Virus record (IMG/VR): IMGVR_UViG_3300025073_000989
Reading direction: 5' to 3' (one strand)
Origin: a virus
Lineage: Duplodnaviria; Caudoviricetes
DNA: 64,000 nt
This document shows, piece after piece, positions 56,722 to 64,000 of this stretch; positions within the stretch are counted from its first letter, which is position 1; every line of letters starts with the position of its first letter. Position numbers and translations under genes: made by a program. The notes under the pieces are model-generated. The model was not told the DNA's origin, did not search any database, and saw nothing but the letters and a program-made list of their open reading frames with translations.

Positions 56722-56750
56722 CTATTAAGGAAGCTAGTTAAACCCATGGA

Positions 56751-56880
56751 AAAATCGCCGCCGACGAAAGATACAACGCGCTACGACCTTCTGGCTAAGA
56801 GATACCAACCAGGTCGGCGGGCCGTAGCACATCCCTGTGCTACTTCAATGGCTGTCAAACAAGTAGCATTGAAAGATTTT
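56751..56880. ncRNA. GC-rich 130-nt multi-stem element, candidate structured RNA
   Basis: AAAATC/GATTTT closing stem, CCGCCGAC/GTCGGCGG, GTAGCAC/GTGCTAC, TTCAATG(G)CT/AGCATTGAA. Confidence 0.4.
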
Positions 56881-56908
56881 ACGTAAAAAACTTAACATAT
56901 TCAACCCC

Positions 56909-56956
56909 CTTCAACCAATACATCAACCTGACAAGCAGGTTATGTTTCTGTTGGGC
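56909..56956 (+). repeat. Short attC-like site B1 (plus polarity)
   Basis: CTTCAAC..ACAT-c-AACCTG-acaag-CAGGTT-ATGT..GTTGGGC; 48 bp, short for an attC. Confidence 0.6.
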
Positions 56957-57012
56957 CACATCTAGGTAGCCAGTTAATTTTAAATTCCTTCAATGATAAA
57001 GGAAGCTACATT

Positions 57013-57255
57013 ATGAACTTTGAAGACTTCAAAAATATAGTTCATTCAGAACCATACGAACGAGATAGTATTATTTACACTGTCTACGTAACATATGTTG
57101 ATAATCAATATTGTGGTTGGTGGTTTTGTGAAACATGTAATGTTAACTCAGATACAACCCCAAGTAAGCCATCAGATACAATTGAAAAAGCTATAATAGA
57201 TGCCAAAACTCATACAGGTGGACATCATTGGTCTAAACATCATCAAAGCACATGA
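57013..57255 (+). CDS. Cassette-borne hypothetical protein (sense to attC)
   Basis: AAGGAAG RBS; CxxC plus C-terminal His cluster. Confidence 0.6.
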   Translation: MNFEDFKNIVHSEPYERDSIIYTVYVTYVDNQYCGWWFCETCNVNSDTTPSKPSDTIEKAIIDAKTHTGGHHWSKHHQST

Positions 57256-57530
57256 GCAGGAATTAAACCACCGTATATTTCTAACTGCTCTGCTTTACAT
57301 AGATTATACAAAACTGGCTCAGGTACGATTTCCATACCAGGATACGGGTTTGTTTTAAAATTAACATTGACATCACTAGATAGTGAAATTGATAAATAAC
57401 CGTAAGTACCATCAGTGAATTTAATATCAACCCCTGTATGTGACCATTCTAATGTCTCTATTGTTTTACCTATGAAATCGTATAAAGGCATATTTGGATT
57501 TAATTCTTCTTTAGATTTTAGTTCTTTCAT
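57243..57530 (-). CDS. Cassette-borne hypothetical protein (antisense to attC)
   Basis: Minus strand GTTGGGC-AAAAGGAGGATTTATAT-ATG. Confidence 0.65.
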   Translation of the reverse strand: MKELKSKEELNPNMPLYDFIGKTIETLEWSHTGVDIKFTDGTYGYLSISLSSDVNVNFKTNPYPGMEIVPEPVLYNLCKAEQLEIYGGLIPAHVL

Positions 57531-57547
57531 ATATAAATCCTCCTTTT

Positions 57548-57640
57548 GCCCAACAAGTTAATCCAGCGGACGGCTGGAAGCTTGCTGAGGCGCTGCGCGG
57601 CGAGCTTATTGGCAGCCGCCGCTGATTAATAACGTTAGCA
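57548..57640 (+). repeat. Integron attC site B2
   Basis: GCCCAAC (complement of GTTGGGC in B1)...GTTAGCA; TTAATC-c-AGCGG-a-CGGCTG / CAGCCG-CCGCT-GATTAA. Confidence 0.9.
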
Positions 57641-57678
57641 AAACAATTACAAAACTTAAACCAACAAAGGAAACTCCT

Positions 57679-57933
57679 ATGAAAATCAAGTTTACATGGA
57701 TTAAAACTATTGATAACCCACAAGCCAGAACTTTTATAGAAAATAAAATTACTGAAATAATAAATTTAAAGAAATTTCCTGAGCATATCTATGAACAAAA
57801 TATTATCACCATACAATTAGAATCAAATAGAAAAGCTGAATATTCTGTGGACGGTATTATATTTGACCAAAATAATAAACAACTACACCGTTTTTCATTT
57901 GACTGTAGTAATGGTATCAACTCGCTAACATAG
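57679..57933 (+). CDS. Cassette-borne hypothetical protein (sense)
   Basis: AAGGA RBS; stop overlaps a core-like CGCTAAC at 57923-57929. Confidence 0.6.
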   Translation: MKIKFTWIKTIDNPQARTFIENKITEIINLKKFPEHIYEQNIITIQLESNRKAEYSVDGIIFDQNNKQLHRFSFDCSNGINSLT

Positions 57934-57936
57934 CAA

Positions 57937-58209
57937 TTAAATTTCGCGCGAAGAAGTGTTGTCCTCATTTATTGGGGTCTCTGGTTTCTGCTCAACTAAT
58001 CGGCTAATATCTGACATATTGTACCATATATGGTCGCCATTATATTTAACCATTATCCAGTCTTTAAAAAAGTGTATAAGGTAGGGTGTATAGTTATGAA
58101 CTTCCCCGTTCGTTTTAATTATGTGTAAATTTGCTTCAGGGTGTAATGAAGCTATATCATGACACATTTTATTTTCTGTTCGAACATCTTTAACTATTAA
58201 ACGTTCCAT
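57937..58209 (-). CDS. Cassette-borne hypothetical protein (antisense)
   Basis: AAAAGGAGATTTAT-ATG; RBS lies in a 12-bp inverted repeat 58209-58254. Confidence 0.6.
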   Translation of the reverse strand: MERLIVKDVRTENKMCHDIASLHPEANLHIIKTNGEVHNYTPYLIHFFKDWIMVKYNGDHIWYNMSDISRLVEQKPETPINEDNTSSREI

Positions 58210-58276
58210 ATAAATCTCCTTTTGTAGCCGCCAAACTTCGTTAGGAGATTTATAAAAAACCTAAAGAAAAACGGCG

Positions 58277-58366
58277 TGCTAACAACTGGTTCAACCTGAA
58301 CGGAACCAGCACTTGTTGTTTAAAAAATTACCCTTATTGGCCGTCAGGTTAACCAGGGTGTTATCT
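58277..58366 (+). repeat. Integron attC site B3
   Basis: TGCTAAC (complement of GTTAGCA in B2)...GTTATCT; TGGTT-c-AACCTGA-a-CGG / CCG-TCAGGTT-AACCA. Confidence 0.9.
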
Positions 58367-58391
58367 TCAAACTAAATAAAAATACTAAAAA

Positions 58392-58769
58392 ATGACTACA
58401 ACAATACTTGAATTAATTAATAACCACTGGACCACACTGATATCATTATTGATAACTATATGGTCTCTTTTAAGAAACTACAATTGGAAAAGAACATTAA
58501 GTATATACTTAAGTTTAATTGTAGATAACTCACATTCAGTTACAAAGTTAATAGCTGAGCATTGTGAAGACACTTGTATTAAACATAGTTCAGAAAACCT
58601 TAATCATCAAATAACTCATTTATTAAGTACCTTTCCAGCGCTGGCTAAAAAATGGATTTATATTAATAAACCAGAAGCTGAATGGCAGTCGTGGGAACAA
58701 AAACTTCAAATATCTATGGACACATACCGCTTGCGAAATCGCTTGCTAACTTTATTAAAACTGAAATAA
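58392..58769 (+). CDS. Cassette-borne membrane protein (sense)
   Basis: N-terminal hydrophobic helix; starts 25 nt after GTTATCT. Confidence 0.55.
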   Translation: MTTTILELINNHWTTLISLLITIWSLLRNYNWKRTLSIYLSLIVDNSHSVTKLIAEHCEDTCIKHSSENLNHQITHLLSTFPALAKKWIYINKPEAEWQSWEQKLQISMDTYRLRNRLLTLLKLK

Positions 58770-58887
58770 CAGCAACAGGTATTACAACATACTCAAAAAG
58801 TCCCATAAGTAACGGAGCAAAATCTATAATATCAAGTAAAGTAAAAATCATTACAGCAAATAAAACTAACATTACTATATTAAACAT
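58714..58887 (-). CDS. Cassette-borne two-helix membrane protein (antisense)
   Basis: Minus strand GTTATCT-GGAGGTGTAT-ATG (MFNIVMLV...). Confidence 0.6.
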   Translation of the reverse strand: MFNIVMLVLFAVMIFTLLDIIDFAPLLMGLFEYVVIPVAVISVLIKLASDFASGMCP

Positions 58888-58899
58888 ATATACACCTCC

Positions 58900-58987
58900 A
58901 GATAACAATTACATCCACCAGACGGCGAGAAGCTCGGAGTTTTTTATTCAAGCTTTTTAGCGCCGCTGGTGATGTAAGGCGTTATAC
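58900..58987 (+). repeat. Integron attC site B4
   Basis: AGATAAC (complement of GTTATCT in B3)...GTTATAC; TTACATC-c-ACCAG-a-CGGCG / CGCCG-CTGGT-GATGTAA. Confidence 0.9.
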
Positions 58988-58994
58988 TTTCAAA

Positions 58995-59747
58995 TTAAAA
59001 CACAATCCCCCATTTTCCTAACACATTAAGCCTACCAATGGGGTTTGTCAACTCGATAAGTTTCCTAAGTTTTAAACTAACAGCATTACCTAAAGTACCA
59101 TCCAACATTGCAGCAGCAAATGTATTATTTTCTGAAAGTAATTCGTTAATTTTGTCTGTATGTTTGTTCAAATCACCAAAGTATTTATGGCAGTCTACGT
59201 AGAGCCGTTCATTTATATCCCAATAATGGCCGTCAACAATAGCAAAACCATTTATAATATCTTTTTTATAGCTAACACAAACTACTAACACATCTAGCAC
59301 TGTGTTTTTAATATCCTTATTGGTCTCGGGATAAGTAAATTTTTTGGAAAGAGCGTTCTTAACAGTAACCGTGTCAGGATAAACAGAGGCGTTAGAAACA
59401 AAACGCTTATTTCTTCTATTAACGGCTTTCATTTCAATAATTACATTAGCACCTAAACATACAATATCAAAAGTTCCCTGAGAATGGATAGTTCTAAACT
59501 CCCACCCATCTTTAAATTCAGGAAACATATTATTTAAATGTTTTGCTAGTAATTTAGCATTAATATCTTCTTTATAAATAGTATCCCATGGTCTACTTAT
59601 TGCCGATAAATAGTCCGATATAGCCCTAGCCACAACCCGCTTAAAATAATTATTTGATTCAGTAATTCTAATATTTTCGTTGTAATTAATATACTCTTTT
59701 TTATTTTTAATTGCATTTATTGCATACTGATAGCTTTCTGTCCCCAT
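58995..59747 (-). CDS. Putative PD-(D/E)xK restriction-type endonuclease
   Basis: TFDIVCLGANVIIEMKAV fits a D-x(n)-ExK active site. Confidence 0.45.
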   Translation of the reverse strand: MGTESYQYAINAIKNKKEYINYNENIRITESNNYFKRVVARAISDYLSAISRPWDTIYKEDINAKLLAKHLNNMFPEFKDGWEFRTIHSQGTFDIVCLGANVIIEMKAVNRRNKRFVSNASVYPDTVTVKNALSKKFTYPETNKDIKNTVLDVLVVCVSYKKDIINGFAIVDGHYWDINERLYVDCHKYFGDLNKHTDKINELLSENNTFAAAMLDGTLGNAVSLKLRKLIELTNPIGRLNVLGKWGIVF

Positions 59748-59775
59748 AATAATTCTCCTTTTCCTTTTTGTTTAA

Positions 59776-59985
59776 TTAGTTTTTATCTTGTACCATATCT
59801 GCGCCACAAATATTACATATGGCAACTTCTCCAAAGGTGATTTTGGCGGTTATCGTATTACCGCATCCTAAACACTTTAAACCTTTAGCTTTAAAATTAG
59901 CTGTTTCTTCTTTTGAAGCTGGCCTTACTCTACCGTTCTCTTGTCTCATATTATTCTCCTCCCACAAACTCAGGCATAGTATCAT
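59776..59985 (-). CDS. Small zinc-ribbon protein
   Basis: CLGC..CNIC. Confidence 0.55.
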   Translation of the reverse strand: MILCLSLWEENNMRQENGRVRPASKEETANFKAKGLKCLGCGNTITAKITFGEVAICNICGADMVQDKN

Positions 59986-60457
59986 AAAAACTAGGATCTA
60001 CAGATAAAATATAACTAGTTACTACAGTAAGCGCTATTTTATTTTCTTCTACTAGAAACCTATATTTAGGATCATCGGCCCATATCTTTAGTCTTTGTTC
60101 TATTATCTTTTTTCCAAAATTTTGTATTGTTATCAGTTCTTTAAATTGTCTTGGAAATTTAGTTCTAATATAACGCATATACCCACTGCGCATTAATTCC
60201 CAAATAAAAGTATCTTTCCTTTCGTACAATAAGTCTTGAGTAGTAATATATACAACTCTCCAACCTTTTCCAAAACGCTTTATTATTGCTTCATTTATTG
60301 TACTGTATTCTGTTCTGTCTATACCACAAAGAATCACACCAAAATCTTCTATTATAAATTGAACAGATACTTCTTTTACTAAATAAATTTTTTTAAACTC
60401 AAGCCTTAGCGCATCGAGCATAATTTGCAAATCAATTTCAAGTTCATTTAGTAACAT
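59951..60457 (-). CDS. Hypothetical protein
   Basis: 168 aa, overlaps both neighbours. Confidence 0.55.
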   Translation of the reverse strand: MLLNELEIDLQIMLDALRLEFKKIYLVKEVSVQFIIEDFGVILCGIDRTEYSTINEAIIKRFGKGWRVVYITTQDLLYERKDTFIWELMRSGYMRYIRTKFPRQFKELITIQNFGKKIIEQRLKIWADDPKYRFLVEENKIALTVVTSYILSVDPSFYDTMPEFVGGE

Positions 60458-62541
60458 TATTCATCCTCTTTATCATCATGGCACTTACCACTACCATCAC
60501 AGCCGTCGCCACATGCACCACCACTACAACCAGACGTTGGTTCTATATCTGGATCAAATAAGGGCTTAGCTTTAGTTACTGAAGCCGTAGCTTTCTCTCC
60601 ACCGTCAGTTAAATAAAAAGGCGGATCATCGTTTTTATTTTCAAAACTAAACATAACATCGTTAGCTTTTGTACTAACATGTACTGTAGCAAGCCTATTC
60701 ACATCTTCAGATAACAATCTCCTAGCCAAAGGGGTGGCAATTTTCTGCTCAATACTTCTTTTAAGGGGCCTAGCACCAAAATCATCATCTATTCCATCTT
60801 TAAATATAAAATTTTTAATTTTCTTATCAAATTTTAACTCTACATGCTTATATTCAGTATCGTTTGTTCGTAAATTATCATTGAGCTTATAAAGTTCTAT
60901 ATCTATAATTCTCATATAGTCATCCCTCTTTAGGGTATTAAAGTGAATTATAGAATCCAATCTATTTAAAAACTCCGGTTTAAATTTCTTTTTTAACGCT
61001 GAGTCTAAAGCTGCTTCTTTTTTTTCCTCAGTTAGCACAGCAACATCACCAAAACCTATAGTCTTTTTGACGGCAGCAATCTCGGAAACGCCAACATTTG
61101 AAGTCATAATAATAATTGAATCTTTAAATGAAACGGTTTTACCTTTACCATCAGTAAGCCTACCCTCCTCCATGATTTGTAACAAAAGCTCGTGCACCTT
61201 TCTACTAGCTTTTTCTACCTCATCAAACACCACTACACTGAATGGATTTTTATACATGTGATTAGTAAGAAAACCACCGGCCTCAAAACCAACGTACCCA
61301 TTTGGCGCCCCTATTAATTTTGAATACTCATGGTCGGCAGAATATTCCGAGCAATCAATGTTTACTAAATTATTTCTATCCCTAATCAGTTCATCAGCTA
61401 GTACTTTGCTTGCTAAAGTTTTACCGCAGCCGGTTTTTCCTGCAAATAGGAAGGAACCAATTGGTTTATTGGGATCCTTTAGCCCGACACTTGCTCGTTG
61501 AATTGCCTCAGCAAGAGAGTCTACGGCTTTATCCTGACCAATTAAAAATACCTTCATATTATCTGCAAGATTGATGAGGTCTTCTTTAGGTAAATCTTTA
61601 AATCTCTTTTTTGGTTTAGTCTTCATGTACTGCTTCATGTTATTAGAAGCTGACTTTTTCTTTCTTGCTGTGGATTCAGAGGCATCGTCCTCATCGCCAT
61701 CTTCGCCCTCTTTATCTGAAAGTTTTTGTGCGTTTTCAAAAGTTAAAAACTCATTTACAGACTTACATAATTCGTATAACTCATGCATTAGTAATGGCGG
61801 AGCTACTCTATTAGGAATACCTAGATTATCTAACAAAGAAAAAAGCTCCTCGAAATCCTCTACACAGGTAGATACAACAAAGGTTCCGAAACTAGTTCTA
61901 TTATGAAAATAGCGTTTTTTAAGTATAACTTCTGCATCTTCTGCATTAAACTGCCTTATTGAAACATATTGGCCTATACGCTTCCACCATTTCTGTACTA
62001 CCTGGTACTCTAAGGATTTTATATCCTTATCTACTGGATTATCTGAAGCATTTTGTCCCTTTTTACCCCTATTGTCTTTGGTTGGTACTGCAGGTTTAGC
62101 TGTTAGGTCGTCTTCAACAGCCTCATCTTCAAAATAACTTAAATCCCAATGTTTGTTGTCTACAAGTTTTCTAGTTTCTTTGTCATTACTTTCAGTATCT
62201 TTAATTATTTTAACAACATAATTGTTATTTAATACTAGTTTTAAAGGATCTAATATTGGGTTAAACTTTAATATAGCGCTAACTACCTCATCTCTTATTT
62301 TAAGTACAATGGAAGCACCAATACCCTGCTGATTTAAATGAAACAAAAGTTGGTTGATATTAGCTATACAGGTAGCTATAATAAAATCCTCATAGAAATT
62401 TTTACTTATTTTACCTTTTTCTCTGGCTAAATAAGCCAGTTTATCCTCTATCTCATTTACTGGTATCTCCAAAATAAGTATTTCAAACTCGGCTTCTTTT
62501 ATAAAAACCTTATGTACCTTGTAATCACTATTATTTGACAT
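60457..62541 (-). CDS. ClpB/ClpC-like AAA+ ATPase with only the second (D2) module and a novel N-terminus
   Basis: LIGQDKAV, PIGSFLFAGKTGCGKT, IDCSEY, LIGAPNGYVG, FDEVEKA, IIIMTSNVG, FKPEFLNRLD, FGARPLKR. Confidence 0.85.
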   Translation of the reverse strand: MSNNSDYKVHKVFIKEAEFEILILEIPVNEIEDKLAYLAREKGKISKNFYEDFIIATCIANINQLLFHLNQQGIGASIVLKIRDEVVSAILKFNPILDPLKLVLNNNYVVKIIKDTESNDKETRKLVDNKHWDLSYFEDEAVEDDLTAKPAVPTKDNRGKKGQNASDNPVDKDIKSLEYQVVQKWWKRIGQYVSIRQFNAEDAEVILKKRYFHNRTSFGTFVVSTCVEDFEELFSLLDNLGIPNRVAPPLLMHELYELCKSVNEFLTFENAQKLSDKEGEDGDEDDASESTARKKKSASNNMKQYMKTKPKKRFKDLPKEDLINLADNMKVFLIGQDKAVDSLAEAIQRASVGLKDPNKPIGSFLFAGKTGCGKTLASKVLADELIRDRNNLVNIDCSEYSADHEYSKLIGAPNGYVGFEAGGFLTNHMYKNPFSVVVFDEVEKASRKVHELLLQIMEEGRLTDGKGKTVSFKDSIIIMTSNVGVSEIAAVKKTIGFGDVAVLTEEKKEAALDSALKKKFKPEFLNRLDSIIHFNTLKRDDYMRIIDIELYKLNDNLRTNDTEYKHVELKFDKKIKNFIFKDGIDDDFGARPLKRSIEQKIATPLARRLLSEDVNRLATVHVSTKANDVMFSFENKNDDPPFYLTDGGEKATASVTKAKPLFDPDIEPTSGCSGGACGDGCDGSGKCHDDKEDE

Positions 62542-62556
62542 ATAGTAGTAACTCCT

Positions 62557-63573
62557 TTATTTATTTTTTCTGAACAACTCATTACCATATTTAACTACTA
62601 TAACTGCTTCCTTATAAGTTAAGCCTTCGGGACTTATTGGAACAGTAACCGGATCTAAACCCTTGTCCACAAAAGCATCATGGGCCAGTTTTTTATAATC
62701 CATTCCCCTTACACTTAGTAAACCACGTAAGGCTGTAATTTGAACATCACTAATCATATCAACATTTTTCTTTGGCGGTAAATCACTACTATTTACTGAT
62801 GGTACTTTATTTACTTCTGCTAAAGGCATCGGAATCTTAGGAAAAGATGCCTCTATATTCTCAACTGCCTTTTCTAACTCCAGTGCTTTGTTTTTTTTAG
62901 TAACGCTGGTCTTATCTTTAACTACGGTATTATCGCTTTTGACAGCCGGAAAAGGAGGTAAGGAGTAATCAAACGCGCCTGATGCTTCTCCTATTATCTC
63001 AGAAGACCAACAAAGTCCCCCATCGAAATTATTCAATGGGGTATCGTTTTTAGGTTTATTTTCTCTAGTCTCTTTGTTAGAAATACTTACTTCCTTAGCA
63101 ATGTCTGTTTCTGGTATAGTAAAATCAGAAGCAGCTGTTTTGTTCCTATTTAGAGCCATGTTTTCGGAAGACTCTATAATCTCATCAGGCGATTCTTCTA
63201 AGTTTAAACCTACCCCCCATCTAGAACAAGCGTTTCTAATAGCTAAAGCCTCAGCTGCTTTAAATACAGCACCTAAATCAACTATTTTACCTTTATTGTC
63301 TCCGTAAGTAAATCTTTTTATGGAACTACTTCCATAGCCAACATGGCTAAACTCATTACCTACAGATACCCGTACTCTAATTAAAACAGTGTCCTCAATT
63401 AGTTCTTGGTGTTCGACCTCAGTAGACCATCTTCCAGAAAAAACTTTATTCATTCTGTCTATAACATCTATGCTTTTAATGTACTTATACCCCTGAGAAC
63501 CAGGCTTTGTTTTTATGTCAAAAGGCTCATACAGCTTTTTCAAAACTAAATCATCCATTTTAATTCTCCCCAA
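62557..63573 (-). CDS. Rad52/Rad22-family single-strand annealing recombinase
   Basis: YKYIKSIDVIDRMNKVF..WS, FKAAEALAIRNAC..WGVG; low-complexity C-terminus. Confidence 0.75.
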   Translation of the reverse strand: MGRIKMDDLVLKKLYEPFDIKTKPGSQGYKYIKSIDVIDRMNKVFSGRWSTEVEHQELIEDTVLIRVRVSVGNEFSHVGYGSSSIKRFTYGDNKGKIVDLGAVFKAAEALAIRNACSRWGVGLNLEESPDEIIESSENMALNRNKTAASDFTIPETDIAKEVSISNKETRENKPKNDTPLNNFDGGLCWSSEIIGEASGAFDYSLPPFPAVKSDNTVVKDKTSVTKKNKALELEKAVENIEASFPKIPMPLAEVNKVPSVNSSDLPPKKNVDMISDVQITALRGLLSVRGMDYKKLAHDAFVDKGLDPVTVPISPEGLTYKEAVIVVKYGNELFRKNK

Positions 63574-63600
63574 TCTTTAAATTTATATAATACTTCAGCG

Positions 63601-63885
63601 TTAAAGTAAACTATAAGCATTCCAGACTTCTAAATCAAGCTCTGCTGGCGATTTATTTTGACTATCCGCAATATACAGGAACTGCTGTTCTAATTCTAGG
63701 TATTTTTTCTTAGCTGGTGTAGCTTTTGGAACCTTAAAACCATATCCCTTCAAAAACTTAAGTATATGCGTATCTAGACCGGCATATCTGGAATCTTTAC
63801 GGCTGTGAAGGATAAAACAACGAGAAGTTTTCATACCAATACCATATATTTTTTCTAAATCTTCTGGTAAACAGGTGTGTGAATC
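63601..63885 (-). pseudogene. C-terminal part of an HhH DNA glycosylase (Ogg-like), interrupted by the element at 63886
   Basis: Frame runs from the junction: DSHTCLPEDLEKIYGIGMKTSRCF..LDTHILKFL..YLELEQQF..ELDLEVW. Confidence 0.6.
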
Positions 63886-64000
63886 TCGGAGTCGTCGGCT
63901 TAAACTAAGGCAGCGCTTTTCAGCGGCCGGCTAAAACGTCGTGTTTTAGGCCTTAGTAGCGATTTTCCTGTTTCAACCCGACCCCTATTTTCGGGAATTG
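63886..64000 (-). mobile_element. Right end of a second copy of the TnpB element (runs off the window)
   Basis: 115 bp identical to 55288-55402. Confidence 0.9.

Noticed and set aside
57511-57723. 70-aa minus ORF spanning attC B2 (also 12664-12882, 14258-14641 and 58682-58960)
   Set aside because: Reads through palindromic attC DNA and overlaps better supported genes

Overview
AT-rich, densely coded segment that is best read as part of a large (jumbo-type) bacteriophage genome; an extrachromosomal element is not excluded and no capsid or terminase gene lies in the window. Genes run almost entirely on + from 193 to about 42.8 kb and on - from about 43 kb to the end. Core content: a single-polypeptide beta/beta'-like RNA polymerase (8030-11338) and a sigma70-type factor; an unusually expanded peptide/amide-ligation toolkit (3 phiEco32-type COOH-NH2 ligases, 1 amidoligase, 2 ATP-grasp ligases, 2 class II and 2 class I glutamine amidotransferases, a gamma-glutamylcyclotransferase, a GNAT); RNA repair (RtcB, two ATP-dependent RNA ligases, a CCA/poly(A)-type nucleotidyltransferase); NAD salvage (NadM-Nudix, NadV, Prs); PDF and MetAP; recombination genes (SSB, SF2 helicase, RuvB, Rad52-like, Holliday-junction nuclease); a fibre/adhesin cluster; a stand-alone PgpH-like HD domain; a DNA methylase; and a TnpB element whose end recurs at the window edge. 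The most unexpected signal is two integrase-free arrays of integron attC sites (12295-14639 and 56909-58987). In both, attC polarity opposes local phage transcription, and cassette genes (including rtcB) are placed antisense to the attC so that they follow phage transcription. Other highlights: a complete sigma54-type promoter driving three small membrane genes, a 1 kb ORF-free structured region, and twin GATAGAC-capped hairpins ahead of the two NAD genes. All family calls are from motif recognition by eye; no searches were run.
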